Positions 52,673 to 64,000 of a stretch of DNA of 64,000 bases are shown here, one piece after another. This stretch comes from Lama glama (Eukaryota). The notes under the pieces are model-generated. The model made no database searches and had not been told where the DNA came from. It worked only from the letters and a program-made list of their open reading frames with translations. How positions within the stretch are numbered: position 1 is the stretch's first letter; each line of letters opens with the position of its first letter. A program made the position numbers and the translations under genes. Where the stretch lies: NCBI GenBank assembly GCA_028534125.1, contig CM052818.1:27902001-27966000 (forward strand), given 5' to 3'.

Positions 52673-54239
52673 TATTTCAGACTCCTCTTAGATTATACTA
52701 GCTGTTGTTACCTTGTAGAATAGTTACGGGAACCTAGGCATCTGCACAGAACAACAGAGCAGCTAGGTAGGTTTTATTTCTTATTTCTCTCCTATAAGCA
52801 AATCCAGGTATGCTAGGTTGGCTTGTTAGAAAGCGACTTTTTCTGCAAATTGTAGTTGATTACAGGAATTGTGTATTTATTACCATAAAGCCCAGTGAAA
52901 GATTTCATGGTTTGATGCCTTTTTCACCGTAATTTTGTTGTTTTTCTTTCATGTAAATCCTTACCTATGCTTACAAATAGTGAGGCTTGGTAGTTTTTCT
53001 TTCTCTAACAGCATAGTTACTTGCATAGAACAATAGTAAATATTCACAAATTCAAAAATTAAACTAGTTTACCTTCCTTTCAGCTTCAGTCTGTGAGTAA
53101 AGAGAATCCTGGTACTGAGGGAATCAAGTTGTCTAATTATATAATATGAGATAAAATATTTTATGTATTTGTACCCCAAAATATTTGTTATCCAGAAATT
53201 TGCAGTTAATGGCAGTTTCTCATGATTTTTGTTGCTCCAGAGAGACAATGATATTCTTTCACTATGTTTTCAAAATATGCTGCTGATCATCAGGGAATAC
53301 TTACTATACTAAATTACATACTAAATTGTCTTTATCATTTAGTTAAATAGTTTCTTTTGTACTAGGTCTCTTTGTCATCTTTTATGATGTGTATTTCCTT
53401 TCTTCATTGCAGGTAGCATTGAGTTGTTTAATAAACACTGATTATTTAAATGCTCTTATAAACTCTTCGACCACATATAGTACACTTTAGGTGGGCTGTT
53501 ATACATTTATAAGATATAGCTTTTATGACATAATAAATTCCCTATACTTACATAATATTTGTTTAGAGTCTACTCCTTCAACTTTACTTTTTTTCCCTCA
53601 CAATTGTATGTTCTATGAATTTTTAATTTAGAAGCTTTATTCTCAGAAGCCAGTGTTGGATGATCTTGCATTATGCAAAATAAAGGTCATTTTCTTTCCT
53701 AAGCCTATCTTTTGAATATAGAAGATCAAACCACAGTAATATTAACATACTCTTTCAAAGTATATGGCAATTATGGCAAACTATTTATAAACAAATTTTC
53801 TTTGGAATTGTGGGGGATCATTTCATCTCTTGTCAGTACTTTTCTTGTATATTAAATGATGGGAGGTAGGCTAGATAGTTTTGTAAAGTGCTTTCCAGGA
53901 CCAACAGACTCGTCTTTGAAAGTTGCTCTTTACGAGACCTTAGGGCATGCATACATCTATGCATTTGTTCATTTAAAAAATTCCTTAAGAGAAGTTACTT
54001 TTTGCTAAGCATAATGCTGTGTAGTGAAGACTGAAAGAAAAAAAAACATTTGTTTGCCATCTGTGTGTCTTTGTTTCTTTATATTAATTTCCTAGCATGA
54101 ATATTCATGTTTTATATTGTATACTGTTAGACCTAGAATTTTAAAAATTTTAGAAGTTACTAACCTCGAAACAGATTAAATTTTATACACTTTGAATTAT
54201 GAATTTCACATCCATGAGTCTTTCCTAAGGAAATAGATT

Positions 54240-54760
54240 TTTATTGGAGTCAAGAAAAGGGAAAGTAATATATTTGAAACAGAGAGAATTTAATATAGTG
54301 TGTTAGTTGGAAAAGTGTTAGAATGAAGTCCAAAAAGGAGAACGAGGGGTTGAATGAGCAAAAGAAAGAAGGGATGAAATCTAGAAACAGGAGTCCAAGT
54401 AAGTCCCTGGATACTAGTCCACATCAGCTGCTGTACTGTTGGAGGTATCATCACAGTTGGGTCTACGATTGCTAAAGAGATGCTTCTTTGTCCAAGGTCG
54501 TAGCCACCAAAGACTCATTACTCCCTTTACCACTAGAACAGCTTTTAGCAATAGCTAGCAACTGCCACAGTGTTGGGGATAGAATTGTGAACTTTCCCTT
54601 TTCCTTTCTCTTAAGATTTCCCATTGGCCTTTTCTATTGGCAGAATCTAAAAGGAAGTCATCAGTCAAAAGATCCTGGCAAACATAGTCTCAGACCCTAC
54701 ACTTAGCAATCCAGGACAACATGTGTGAGCCTGAGAGATAGTAGTTAAATAAATGGCACA
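54240..54760. mobile_element. Ancient eutherian LTR (subfamily uncertain, LTR78-like)
   Basis: 'acagagagaatttaatatag' near the start, then 'ttctattggcagaatctaaaaggaagtcatcagtcaaaagatcctggcaaacatagt', ending 'ctgagagatagtagttaaataaatggcaca' (ACA terminus). Confidence 0.5.
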
Positions 54761-55899
54761 TAGATGTAGAAATTATTTATATAGCAAGAATTATTTATTA
54801 GGACAAGTGATTGAAATAAGAACATATATTCTTAACATGAGAAAAACAAAGTGTATGCTTACCTTACAGACAAATACTATTTAAACATAGAGTCATATAT
54901 TAGAAGAAACTGTATTGACAAAGGCAAATATAATTACTAGATCTAATTATGGAAAAAAGCAAGGTTCTGCAATGTATGTACAGAATCTAGTTACCTATCT
55001 TGATAATGTGGAATGTACTATTGAAAGTTATTAATTGTTACTATCTTTACACAGAAGGAAAATGAACAAGCTGTGTTTTATTCTTTACATTTTTCTTAGT
55101 TTTCCAATCTTTTCTGTAATGAGCTTATATTATAGTCAAAGTCAGAAAAATCGTTTCACAACTTGCATTTAGCCAATCACCGCTTAGACATTATGCTAAG
55201 TGTGGTAAAATTAACTTACCGTCACTTCCCTCTGTGGAACCCAAATGAGTTATTCCAATTTTTATATTAATTGTGCTTATATTTTCTCCCCCTTGAAAAC
55301 TAATATCCCCTTAGAATGAATACGTATGAGAGTATTATAAAGAGCAGTGCGAGAAAAGAAAATAATCATGGGAAATTTATCTTACCATGGAGAAAAGGAT
55401 GATGCTTATTATTATTTTTCTAATGAGGAATCAGGAAAGGGCACAGAAAGTTTACCTGCAATCTTTGGAACAATCTGACTCTAATTAAAATTCAAAAAGT
55501 GATAAAACTATTGGCAAGAATTGAAAAGTGGAGTAAGAACTGACCAACCATATTTTGGGGGAAAATTTTTTTTTTTAAAAGAAAAGCAATTAGAAATTTG
55601 AGTTAAAAAGTTGATTAGGATTAGAGAAACAGATAAATATTACAGTTCTCAACAGTTGTCATAGTCCCTTTCCTAAAAATGAAAATATTTAGTTCTTAAA
55701 CACAGAATACTAAAATCACGTTATTTGGTATAGCCTATCTATTTATGTTATAAGGAACTCGGGAAGAAAACTGTTTTGCGTCAGAGAAGTCAGAACAAGT
55801 TCTCTGGAAAGAGGTAACAACTACATGCCAGGGAGAATTTAGATAGTTTTAAATATAGTAGTAATTTAAAGGAGCTTATTATATTACATTTAATTTAGC

Positions 55900-56095
55900 A
55901 TATACTATCAGTGGCCATTAGTGTGTGGCTATTATGCCATTGCTGTTCTAGGCACTGTAGTTATCACCCCATCCTTATGAGGTGGGTATTATCATTGCTT
56001 TACGTTAGGCAAAGAGAGATGAAAAAACTTGACCTAAGTTACATAGCTAGTAAGTAGTGGACCACGGATTTAAACTCAGACATGTAGACTATAGA
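55900..56095 (-). mobile_element. MIR SINE
   Basis: 'atccttatgaggtgggtattatcattgctttac...aaacttgacctaagttacatagctagtaagtagtggaccacggatttaaactcagac'. Confidence 0.8.
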
Positions 56096-56416
56096 GATTT
56101 GTAGTTATTGCCATGCCGCCCTGTAGCTCAGTGAGCAAGTGTGCAGGAGAGAGGGAGACATTGCATAATACAAAATGTACAATGTGCGTTATGTCTTAAC
56201 TCAGACGTATTTCACTAACCATATCATTTTGTCACTTGCTATCAATTTAGAAGAGAGAAATTATATTCTGAATGACAAATGGATCCATTTCAATCAACTA
56301 AGCTCTTTTTAGTGATAAACTAAGCTTTCTTCATAATTGAAGCACATTTACTTTCTGTGGGATGTTGGCCATTTCTTATGGACACCATTAAAGAGGAAAC
56401 ACATTTGCCTATATTC

Positions 56417-56627
56417 TTTTTTATTATTAAACATCTTTATTGTGGTGTGATTCCTATACATTAAACTATACATATTTCAAATGTACAATTTGATGGATTT
56501 TATAGATATATACACCTATGAAACCACTACCACAATCAAGGTAGCTAACATTTCAGAAATTCTTACATTGAACAGGAAACACAAAAGTGAGATAAACAAG
56601 ATGGGTATGAGGTTAAAGTGGGCGTTT
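56417..56627 (-). mobile_element. Small retro-insertion: old L1M 3' end plus about 70 bp unassigned sequence, perfect 18-bp TSD
   Basis: acacatttgcctatattc at 56399-56416 and 56628-56645. Interior 'tttattgtggtgtgattcctatac...aatgtacaatttgatggatttt...cacctatgaaaccactaccacaatcaagg' is an antisense L1M 3' end. Confidence 0.8.
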
Positions 56628-59600
56628 ACACATTTGCCTATATTCAACTATGCCAAAAATCTGTGATCTTTTATTCAAATACACTTTCTTTATGACCTAT
56701 ACCTATCTCTCGGGGATAGACAAAGAATGTAAAAGTATATTTTGATTACAGGAACACATAATGTTATGTCTCTAAGTGTCAGAAGTACACACACACACAC
56801 ACGCATGCGTGCACTTTTTTAAAATTAAAACTTCTGTTACTTTCTAAACTAGGTAAGTCAATATACTAAAGTTAGTATTTGCTGAGTCCATGTTTGTGAT
56901 GTGCTTTAAAATTTCCATTTTTTTTTGAAATCAAAGATTGTTAATGAATTCTGAGATTTCTATTAACCAAAAGGAAATTCTACCCGTATTTCAAAAACAT
57001 TTGCTTGGAGTTTACCTTTTCACAAAGGTCAATTTGGTATATTCTCTGGGAACAAATATTCTGAGAATTCATCTCACTATTTGTTGAGATAAAACTAATG
57101 TCAGATATAGTGCTATATGATAAGCTGTTGGTCTCTAAAATTTTGCTTTCTTACTTGGTATGGTAAAATTTTCCCCATTTTGCATGGTGTTAATTTCTCA
57201 AACCTAACTCTCTCAGTCCTGTTACACCATAACTAATGTCATCGTTAGTTTCCTCTTTGTGCCACATTTTAAGACTTCAAGCAGATGTAAATCACATTCT
57301 CCATCCATAGGAGCTAAAATACACAAAAATTGTCAGAAAAAAATTTTGCTTGAAATTTGCGGGTTAGATTCCATTGTCAAAAACTTAAAGGAATATTTCA
57401 AATTCTTTGGCTTATTGAAATGTTGAAATGAAAAGAGTTGATCAAAATCTAGGGTATCTTTAGTTCTGGCTAAATGATTAATATGTATTAATTACCTGTT
57501 TAATTTTTACAAAATTCCTAAATATGGTTAGTTTTAATTCTGCTTTACAAGTGAGGGTGGAGGAGGGTCTTACATAGGTGAAGTGTTAAACAAAGTCACA
57601 CATTAACTAAATGGCAGACGTGAGATTTGAACAAAGATGGTTTAACTCCAAAGCTTATTCTTTTTTCCGCCACATGATTTAAAAAATCAGACACAGTGAT
57701 GAGAATGAAATTCTTTTTGTTGTGTAGGGAAAAGAGATTCTTGAGACTTAATGGAAATGAAAATCTGAACTGCAGCAAAAGTCAGTTAACTGAAAGCTCT
57801 TCTCATTAGCTTGGAAGAGACAGAGATCCAGAAAGCTGAGTGCTTAAATGAAGGAGAAATATTACTGGCTTTAAAGTTGGTTAAAAGTGTCTACCTTGTG
57901 GATAAATCAATTAAGATATATATGATTAATGATCCATTAACATACGTTAATTAATATGTGATAATCAATACCTTAGAATGCAAGATAGGTTGAACATACA
58001 GTTGTGGAGAGAGGAAAGGTATTTAGAGGAGAAATGGCCGGTGATCGGAGAGTTAACACATCAGTTGTTTTCCCGCAGAACTGGGTAAGCCCAAAATAAG
58101 TAACTCCTATCCAGGGATTAGAGCCTCTATGCATTGTTTCTGCTTTGATACCAGTGCCTTCTCTGACAAAAAATGTATGTAGATATTGACCTTTATGTGG
58201 TTGCTGGTACCTGTTCCTAACTTCGACTACCTCCAGATTTCTTGAATCTTGCTGCTTCTCTCTTTGGACACCTAATCTAGCTCTGACCATCTCTGATTCT
58301 TTCACCACAGAACCACATATGAAACTCTCTTTACATTCCTGACCATAGTGTCACGGAACTTTGGTTATGAGTGTTGTCCTTTAAAATGTATGCCCCTCAC
58401 CTGTCTGTAATTCATTGCAGGCGTCTGTGTCCCTGTTAAGTGTTGCTAAATTCAGTGCTACCACACTTCTCATTCAGGTCTACCTTTGTCTCTGCTTCTG
58501 ACTTGCTTTCGCCTGTACTGGGCTCTTTTCACATCTCTGTGATACAGTCACTTGGAATGAGAATGATGCCTTTTACTTTAAATCTTAACAGAGAGATACT
58601 CATATGTGAAATCTGCACTGCACGAATACATTTTTAGAGTACAAGTTATTTGTAGCCTATAATTTCTTGTTTTAAAATCAGTCAATAAGTTGGTTCATAC
58701 TTACATACGTATATTTCTAATATAGTTAAATGACTATGCACTTGAAATTTTAGAAACCAATATAGAAAATTAAAATTTAAAAATAAACATTATAGTATCA
58801 AATAGTATTGTTTTATTTTGAATTTATCATAAATAGTGATGTTTGGGGAAAAGATATTAATAAGAGATATACATAAGTTTAAGAGAGGGATTTGGAGGAA
58901 TTTGAATATTTTCAGGGACTACATGGAGAGGTGGCATAGATAGGCTCTTTTATCCCTAGGATTTTACTTGAAATTTATGGTGTCTGTTGTCTGGCATGTC
59001 ATGAGCGCTATCTACTACCTTAAGAGTATCTGTTGAGTTTGGAGGCAGTTAGTAAAATAAACAGAAAGAGAGAGCAAATTGGAAGAGAAGAACAGTTAAA
59101 TGTCAAGGACAAAGAATGTTCCTGAGAAGATCAAGTAATAGTTAGAAGACGGAGGAAAAGGTGAAGACTCTTTCAAGTACACTTGTAAGCAATTCTGAAA
59201 ATCGTTTGAGGTAGAGTTAACTGCATAAAGGTTAGCACAGGTGAAAGGAAAGATGGAGCCCATGTTGTCCACAATACAATTAGAAAAAAGAAAATCAGGT
59301 CAGAGAAGTATTTGAATTATCCAATTAAAAAGGAGCTCATTGGACTGGAGTGGCTCTAATGCCATGGTGGCCGAAGTAAGTAAACCAACACCTGAGCCTG
59401 TAAATGCCTCAAGGCTTGGAAGTAAAATGCTGAGGACAGCCAGTCACAAAAAGCTAACTAGGCTTTAAGTTACAGCTAATCAGTAATTTCCTTTCTTTGT
59501 TTCTTCTCCTTCTCTATATGTCTTGAAGGAAGAGAGTGGAGAGTGGTGCTTCTAACCACCCTCAGTTTACAGCTACCCAGTCAGAAATGATTTTTGCTCA

Positions 59601-60539
59601 AATATGCTTCAGTTTGCATTTTAACACCATCAATTGCCATAACTACTGGCCAGAGATTTTACCAAGTTTGTGAGGAATAAGGTTGATCTGTTTGTGGTGA
59701 ATAGGAAGGGATGGAGATAATTAGGGCTTACAAGCTGGAAATTTATGACAAGGAAAAGTCTATAACAAAATTCTGTGAAGACCGTTAACAAAGGGGACCC
59801 ATCTATGTGGCTGCGTGCGGCTCCAAATTATAATCAAATGCTTTTAAGTATGTGATTTGTTGTTTGGTTATCAGTAAGATTTTACTCATGAGTTACTTGC
59901 CTTATATTTAGCCTCAAGATTAGATAATCCATGGGTGTACTCACTATTAAGGCATTTGAAGGCAAATAAGCAGATTTGCAGTAAGTAATATCTGGAGAGG
60001 AAAGTCTGATAGGAGTACCTGTATTTTTGCATATGTATGCTGCACAGATGAGATCAGGGGAAAAAACTGGAATATGCAAACCAGTAAATTTGTGTTAAAG
60101 GAGAGGATAACACATATTTTAAAATGTTAAGCTATTTATTTAAAATAAAATATAAATGATAATCTCACATTTGTTAAAGTACTTCATTCACTATTAATAT
60201 CAATAAAAGGTTGCTAAGAAAATAATACATTGATAAATACATACTGAAATATCTTTGTCAGAAAATTCTGCATTTCAGTTAATATGGGGTACCTACAGAT
60301 ATGTTATAAAAAACAAGATAATTGAGCTGATGATATGACTACATTATTAATTTTTTAATTATTTTATATATTTCCTAGGCCTCTATTTGTATTCTGTTTT
60401 TTCCCTGGCTATAATTTTTGAATCTATATTTTCCAGTTTTTATCATGTATGCTTTTGAACATCACCAAATCCTTTTAAAAACAACTTAAATGTCCATACA
60501 TCTTTATTAAGTTTTTTATGCAATTAATTATCAAAAAAG

Positions 60540-61920
60540 ACTGAGGTAGACTTGATGCACTGATGTGGAATGATTTTCAAGACATAAAGTGGAAAAAAAT
60601 GCGAAGTCAACCAAAAATTAGGTACAATATAATCCTATTTTAAGAGGGAAAAATACCAGAGAAAGATGGCACATAAGCAGTGTTGAGCTCTCTGTATTGC
60701 TCCCATGTCCTGAGGTTACAGGAAAACAAAGATATAGAAAATCAAATTCTCGGACCACAGACTACGGATGGGAGGGGAGAGGAGACCAGGTCTCTGGCTG
60801 TGGATGAGGTTCAAAAGAATCCACTCACTGTCTACAGAGCACATGGAAGATCTTGACAGATCCTCCCTCTTGAAACATGAGGAAAATGAAAAGAAAAGCC
60901 TGGCAACTATGTAAACACACCACCATGGGTGGTGGAAGGTGAAAGAAACCTAACATGCAAACAAAATAGATGGAGAATCCAAGCTGGAAGAAAGTCCAGG
61001 AAACAGGAGAAAATTCCCCAAGAAAGCTGCTCATTAGAGAAGAATTGAATAAGTATATTCAATTAAGTCATAGGTGCTCAAACATAAAATAATAGACACA
61101 AGCCGAAATTAATTAAACTTTTAAGTGCAAAAGAAAAAAACCCTGGATCAAAACAGCAACATTAAAAAGTTAACTAATACATTTAAAAAGTCAAAGAACA
61201 GACCAGATGCAGCTAATTAGAAAATTAATTAATAATGCAGAAGAAGAGCTTGTTTTAATTAAGGTAAACACACAGGAAAAGGACACAAAAATTATAGATA
61301 ACATAATACATATATGGAACAGTAATAACCTATCATAAATATCCCAGAAGTGGAAAACCAAAACCAAACAAATGGAACATTGAAAAATACTGAGATATAA
61401 CAGAAGAAGTCTTCCTGAATGGAATCTGCTAGCCAAAAGCAAAAAGTGTGTTGTGAGTGTAATAGACACAGGACAATTAGTATAGATATATTTACATCAC
61501 CAAACTTGATGAGAAGAAAATGAACTCTGGGAAGGAAGTAATTTTTCTGCAAAAAGGAAAGAAAGTCAGGCCAGTCTCAGATTTCTCCACAACATCTAAT
61601 GCCAAAAGACAATGAAGCAATACTTCAACTGATAATACACAATTCTGAAAAAACAAAGTGTAATGCTAGAAGATGTACTCACGCAACGTGTCACACAAGC
61701 ATAAAAGCTACAGAGAGGCATTCTGAAATACAAAATCATTTAGGGAACAAATATCCTTGAAAAACAAACCTGAAAAACAATGATAAAATATAACAACTCA
61801 GCAACTATATCCAAGCAACTAAGAGCTAGAATTAAAATAGAACACACAAGAATGAGAGAAATACGTTAAAAGGACCAGTGGTTTATGTGAAATCATTTAA
61901 ATGTTAACAAAAGCCTGAAC
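60540..61920 (+). mobile_element. Old L1M fragments (3' piece followed by 5'/ORF1 remnant)
   Basis: 'tgcactgatgtggaatgattttcaagacata' (3' L1M) and 'gaaagaaagtcaggccagtctcagatttctccacaacatctaatgccaaaagacaatgaagcaa' (ORF1). Confidence 0.7.
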
Positions 61921-63114
61921 ATCCATGATCACAAATCATGATTAGGAAAAGAAGAGTAGGTGGCTCCAAATCAGCCCCCACGATACTTGGTTAGCCCTGT
62001 TCTGGCACCACAGGGCTACCCTGTCCTTTTCCTAGCACGAATGTCAGATGTGCAGGCCTGGGCTCTGGTCTCAGAGAGATAACTGTGCTTCTGTTCCAAG
62101 CCCCAGGGATTTTCCAAAATTTTTGTAAAATGGATTCATAATACAAAGATGGATTGAGGAATAATTTTTAAAGTATCTTTAATGGTGGGGCATAATTGGT
62201 ATTCAAATTAAGCCATTTAACTTTAAATAATGCCTATTTTTAGTTATATGACATTAAATCCGTTTTATGACTTAATCTATCAGCAGCAATACAACCAGAT
62301 GATCTCTTTCTGAATCACTCATTGAATTCCATTATAGAAAGAATAATAATTTAATGTTCTCTGAAAGATTATAGCCCCAAATATGTTCAGTTCAGATATT
62401 GTGTTGGTTGAGAAAAGGAAAAACACTTTTATATTCTAGATAACCAAAAGCAGAAAAACATCAAAAGAAAGGCCTTTATTAGATGAAATTGATAGATGTT
62501 GAGAAATTAAATAATCAAATAAAATATAAATTTGAAGCAACAGGTAAACACATTTATAGGGTGAAACGTGGATTTTGGGCTGATTTATTATTTTTCTGTG
62601 AAGTGATTTTCTTAAACACAAGCAGATGGATTAAAAAGTCATTTCTTATACAAATTTAAAGACTAAATAGAGAAAAGTGAACAAACAGTTTGTAAATGTG
62701 GAGGTTTTGGATGTTTCAACTAAGAGTATGCAAACTTCAAGAAGTATATGCTTATTGCGTGTTATCCTAGTCACTAGCTAACTTCTGGTTGTAAAGGCCA
62801 AGGTGATGTTATAAAGGAATGTTGTAACACTTTCTGAGAGAGAGGATATAAGCTTGTAATGGAATGTTTTGACTTAAAAATCTTAAAAATCCTTTCTGTT
62901 ACTGAATAAGATTGTATAAAGAATAATACTTTTTGTTCTATTCTTTGAGCACTAGCTTTTTGTACTAGTTTCCTGGGAGATCAGACAATACTAGGATTTT
63001 TAGGGTAACAGCACACACGTCTCTGACTCTCCAAAGGTTTACTGTCTGTCTCCTGCTTCAGTCCAACCAGATAACTGCCAAGTCATCTCCAGCTGTGTGT
63101 TCTTACTGTTTCAT

Positions 63115-63240
63115 TCCTTCATCCTGTATTTATTAGGTGCCTGTTGTGTGCCAGGCAATGTTCTAGGTGCTAGTCATAAAGCAGACAAATTCCCTGCCTC
63201 CAGGAAGTTTTTGTTTTGTTAGAATAGACAAACAAGATAG
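63115..63240 (-). mobile_element. L2 3' end
   Basis: 'ttcattccttcatcctgtatttattaggtgcctgttgtgtgccaggcaatgttctaggtgct'. Confidence 0.78.
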
Positions 63241-63292
63241 CAATGTTAAGGATGTTCTTTTCCCATTGTGATACATTGCCTTTGGGCTAGAC

Positions 63293-63502
63293 CACGATTT
63301 CTCAACCTCTGCATTTGTCATATTTTTGGGCTGGATAATTCTCTGTTGTGAAGGACTGTTCTGTACACTATAGAATGTTTAGCTGTATCTCTGGCTTCTA
63401 CTCACTGAATTCCAGCAGCATCCCAAAGTTGTGACAACCAAAAATGTTTCCAGACATTGTCGGATGTCCACTGAGGGGCAAAATCTGAGTTCAGAATCAC
63501 TG
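63293..63502 (-). mobile_element. MER20 (hAT-Charlie) MITE with 8-bp TSD
   Basis: Reverse MER20 'ttctcaacctctgcatttgtcatatttttgggctggataattctctgttgtg...gttgtgacaaccaaaaatgtttccagacattgtc'. TSD ggctagac (63285-63292) / gcctagac (63503-63510). Confidence 0.93.
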
Positions 63503-64000
63503 GCCTAGACAAATCAGTGGGGCTTCCCTTCAAAATTTTCCCATTGTTACGCTGCTTCAGTGCTATGTCAGCATCTACACTGAGCTGATACTCCTTTTTA
63601 TATTTGTTTTAGACAAGTGCAGCCACTTTCCAGGCCCACGGTTTTGCAGGCCAAAAGTATTTCACACTTGGGAGTAGCTGCTGACCTAGCAGAAATAACC
63701 TAAGAAGTTTCTGGCAAAGGAGCTGTTTTGTTTCAGTGATAACGTGTATCTCACTTGCATTCTGAGTGGGGATGCTGCATATTGATAATCCTTTGCTTTC
63801 TCCAGTTGATTCATGGCATAGTTGCTGGTATTTTGTGTGTCTTTACTCCACAATGGTTTTGCTAAATACATGGCTTTCCACGGGCCTATTCTTGGTCTAA
63901 ATCTGAACAAACTGGTAACTTGACCCCATCTCAAACTATAAATTGTTTTCTGCATACAGACTTACTGGTCTTTGCTTTGTCAGAACACCTCCCTCTCTTT

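Noticed and set aside
56117..56146. tRNA-like 'gccctgtagctcagtg' A-box
   Set aside because: No B box, cloverleaf or SINE tail follows.
1..64000. CRISPR arrays, prokaryotic operons, non-retroviral endogenous viral elements, processed pseudogenes, snRNA/rRNA/tRNA genes
   Set aside because: No repeat-spacer arrays, long ORFs or recognisable sequence matches seen; the DNA is mammalian and repeat-rich.

Overview
AT-rich, CpG-poor mammalian non-coding DNA, either a large intron or intergenic. No recognisable host protein-coding gene, RNA gene or CpG island is present, and the ORF track is mostly chance ORFs or transposon remnants. The window is dominated by fossil transposable elements: old L1M fragments, three younger cetartiodactyl/camelid-like L1 3' ends, L2, MIR, probable CR1/L3 remnants, DNA transposons (MER20 x2, MER47/Tigger, Kanga/MER104, MER5), and a degraded minus-strand ERVL provirus (LTR16 plus gag/protease/RNaseH-integrase remnants, about 38.4-44.35 kb) carrying nested insertions. 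A second, divergently oriented LTR16 lies 355 bp from the first. Most L1/ERV pieces are on the minus strand, which weakly suggests an intron of a plus-strand gene. Family names come from recalled consensus sequences, not a database search, and most boundaries are approximate. I found no convincing novel biological system. The best leads are a small chimeric retro-insertion with a perfect 18-bp TSD, the head-to-head LTR16 pair with a downstream candidate exon, a CR1 ORF1/ORF2-junction fossil, and a few splice-signal-defined candidate exons.
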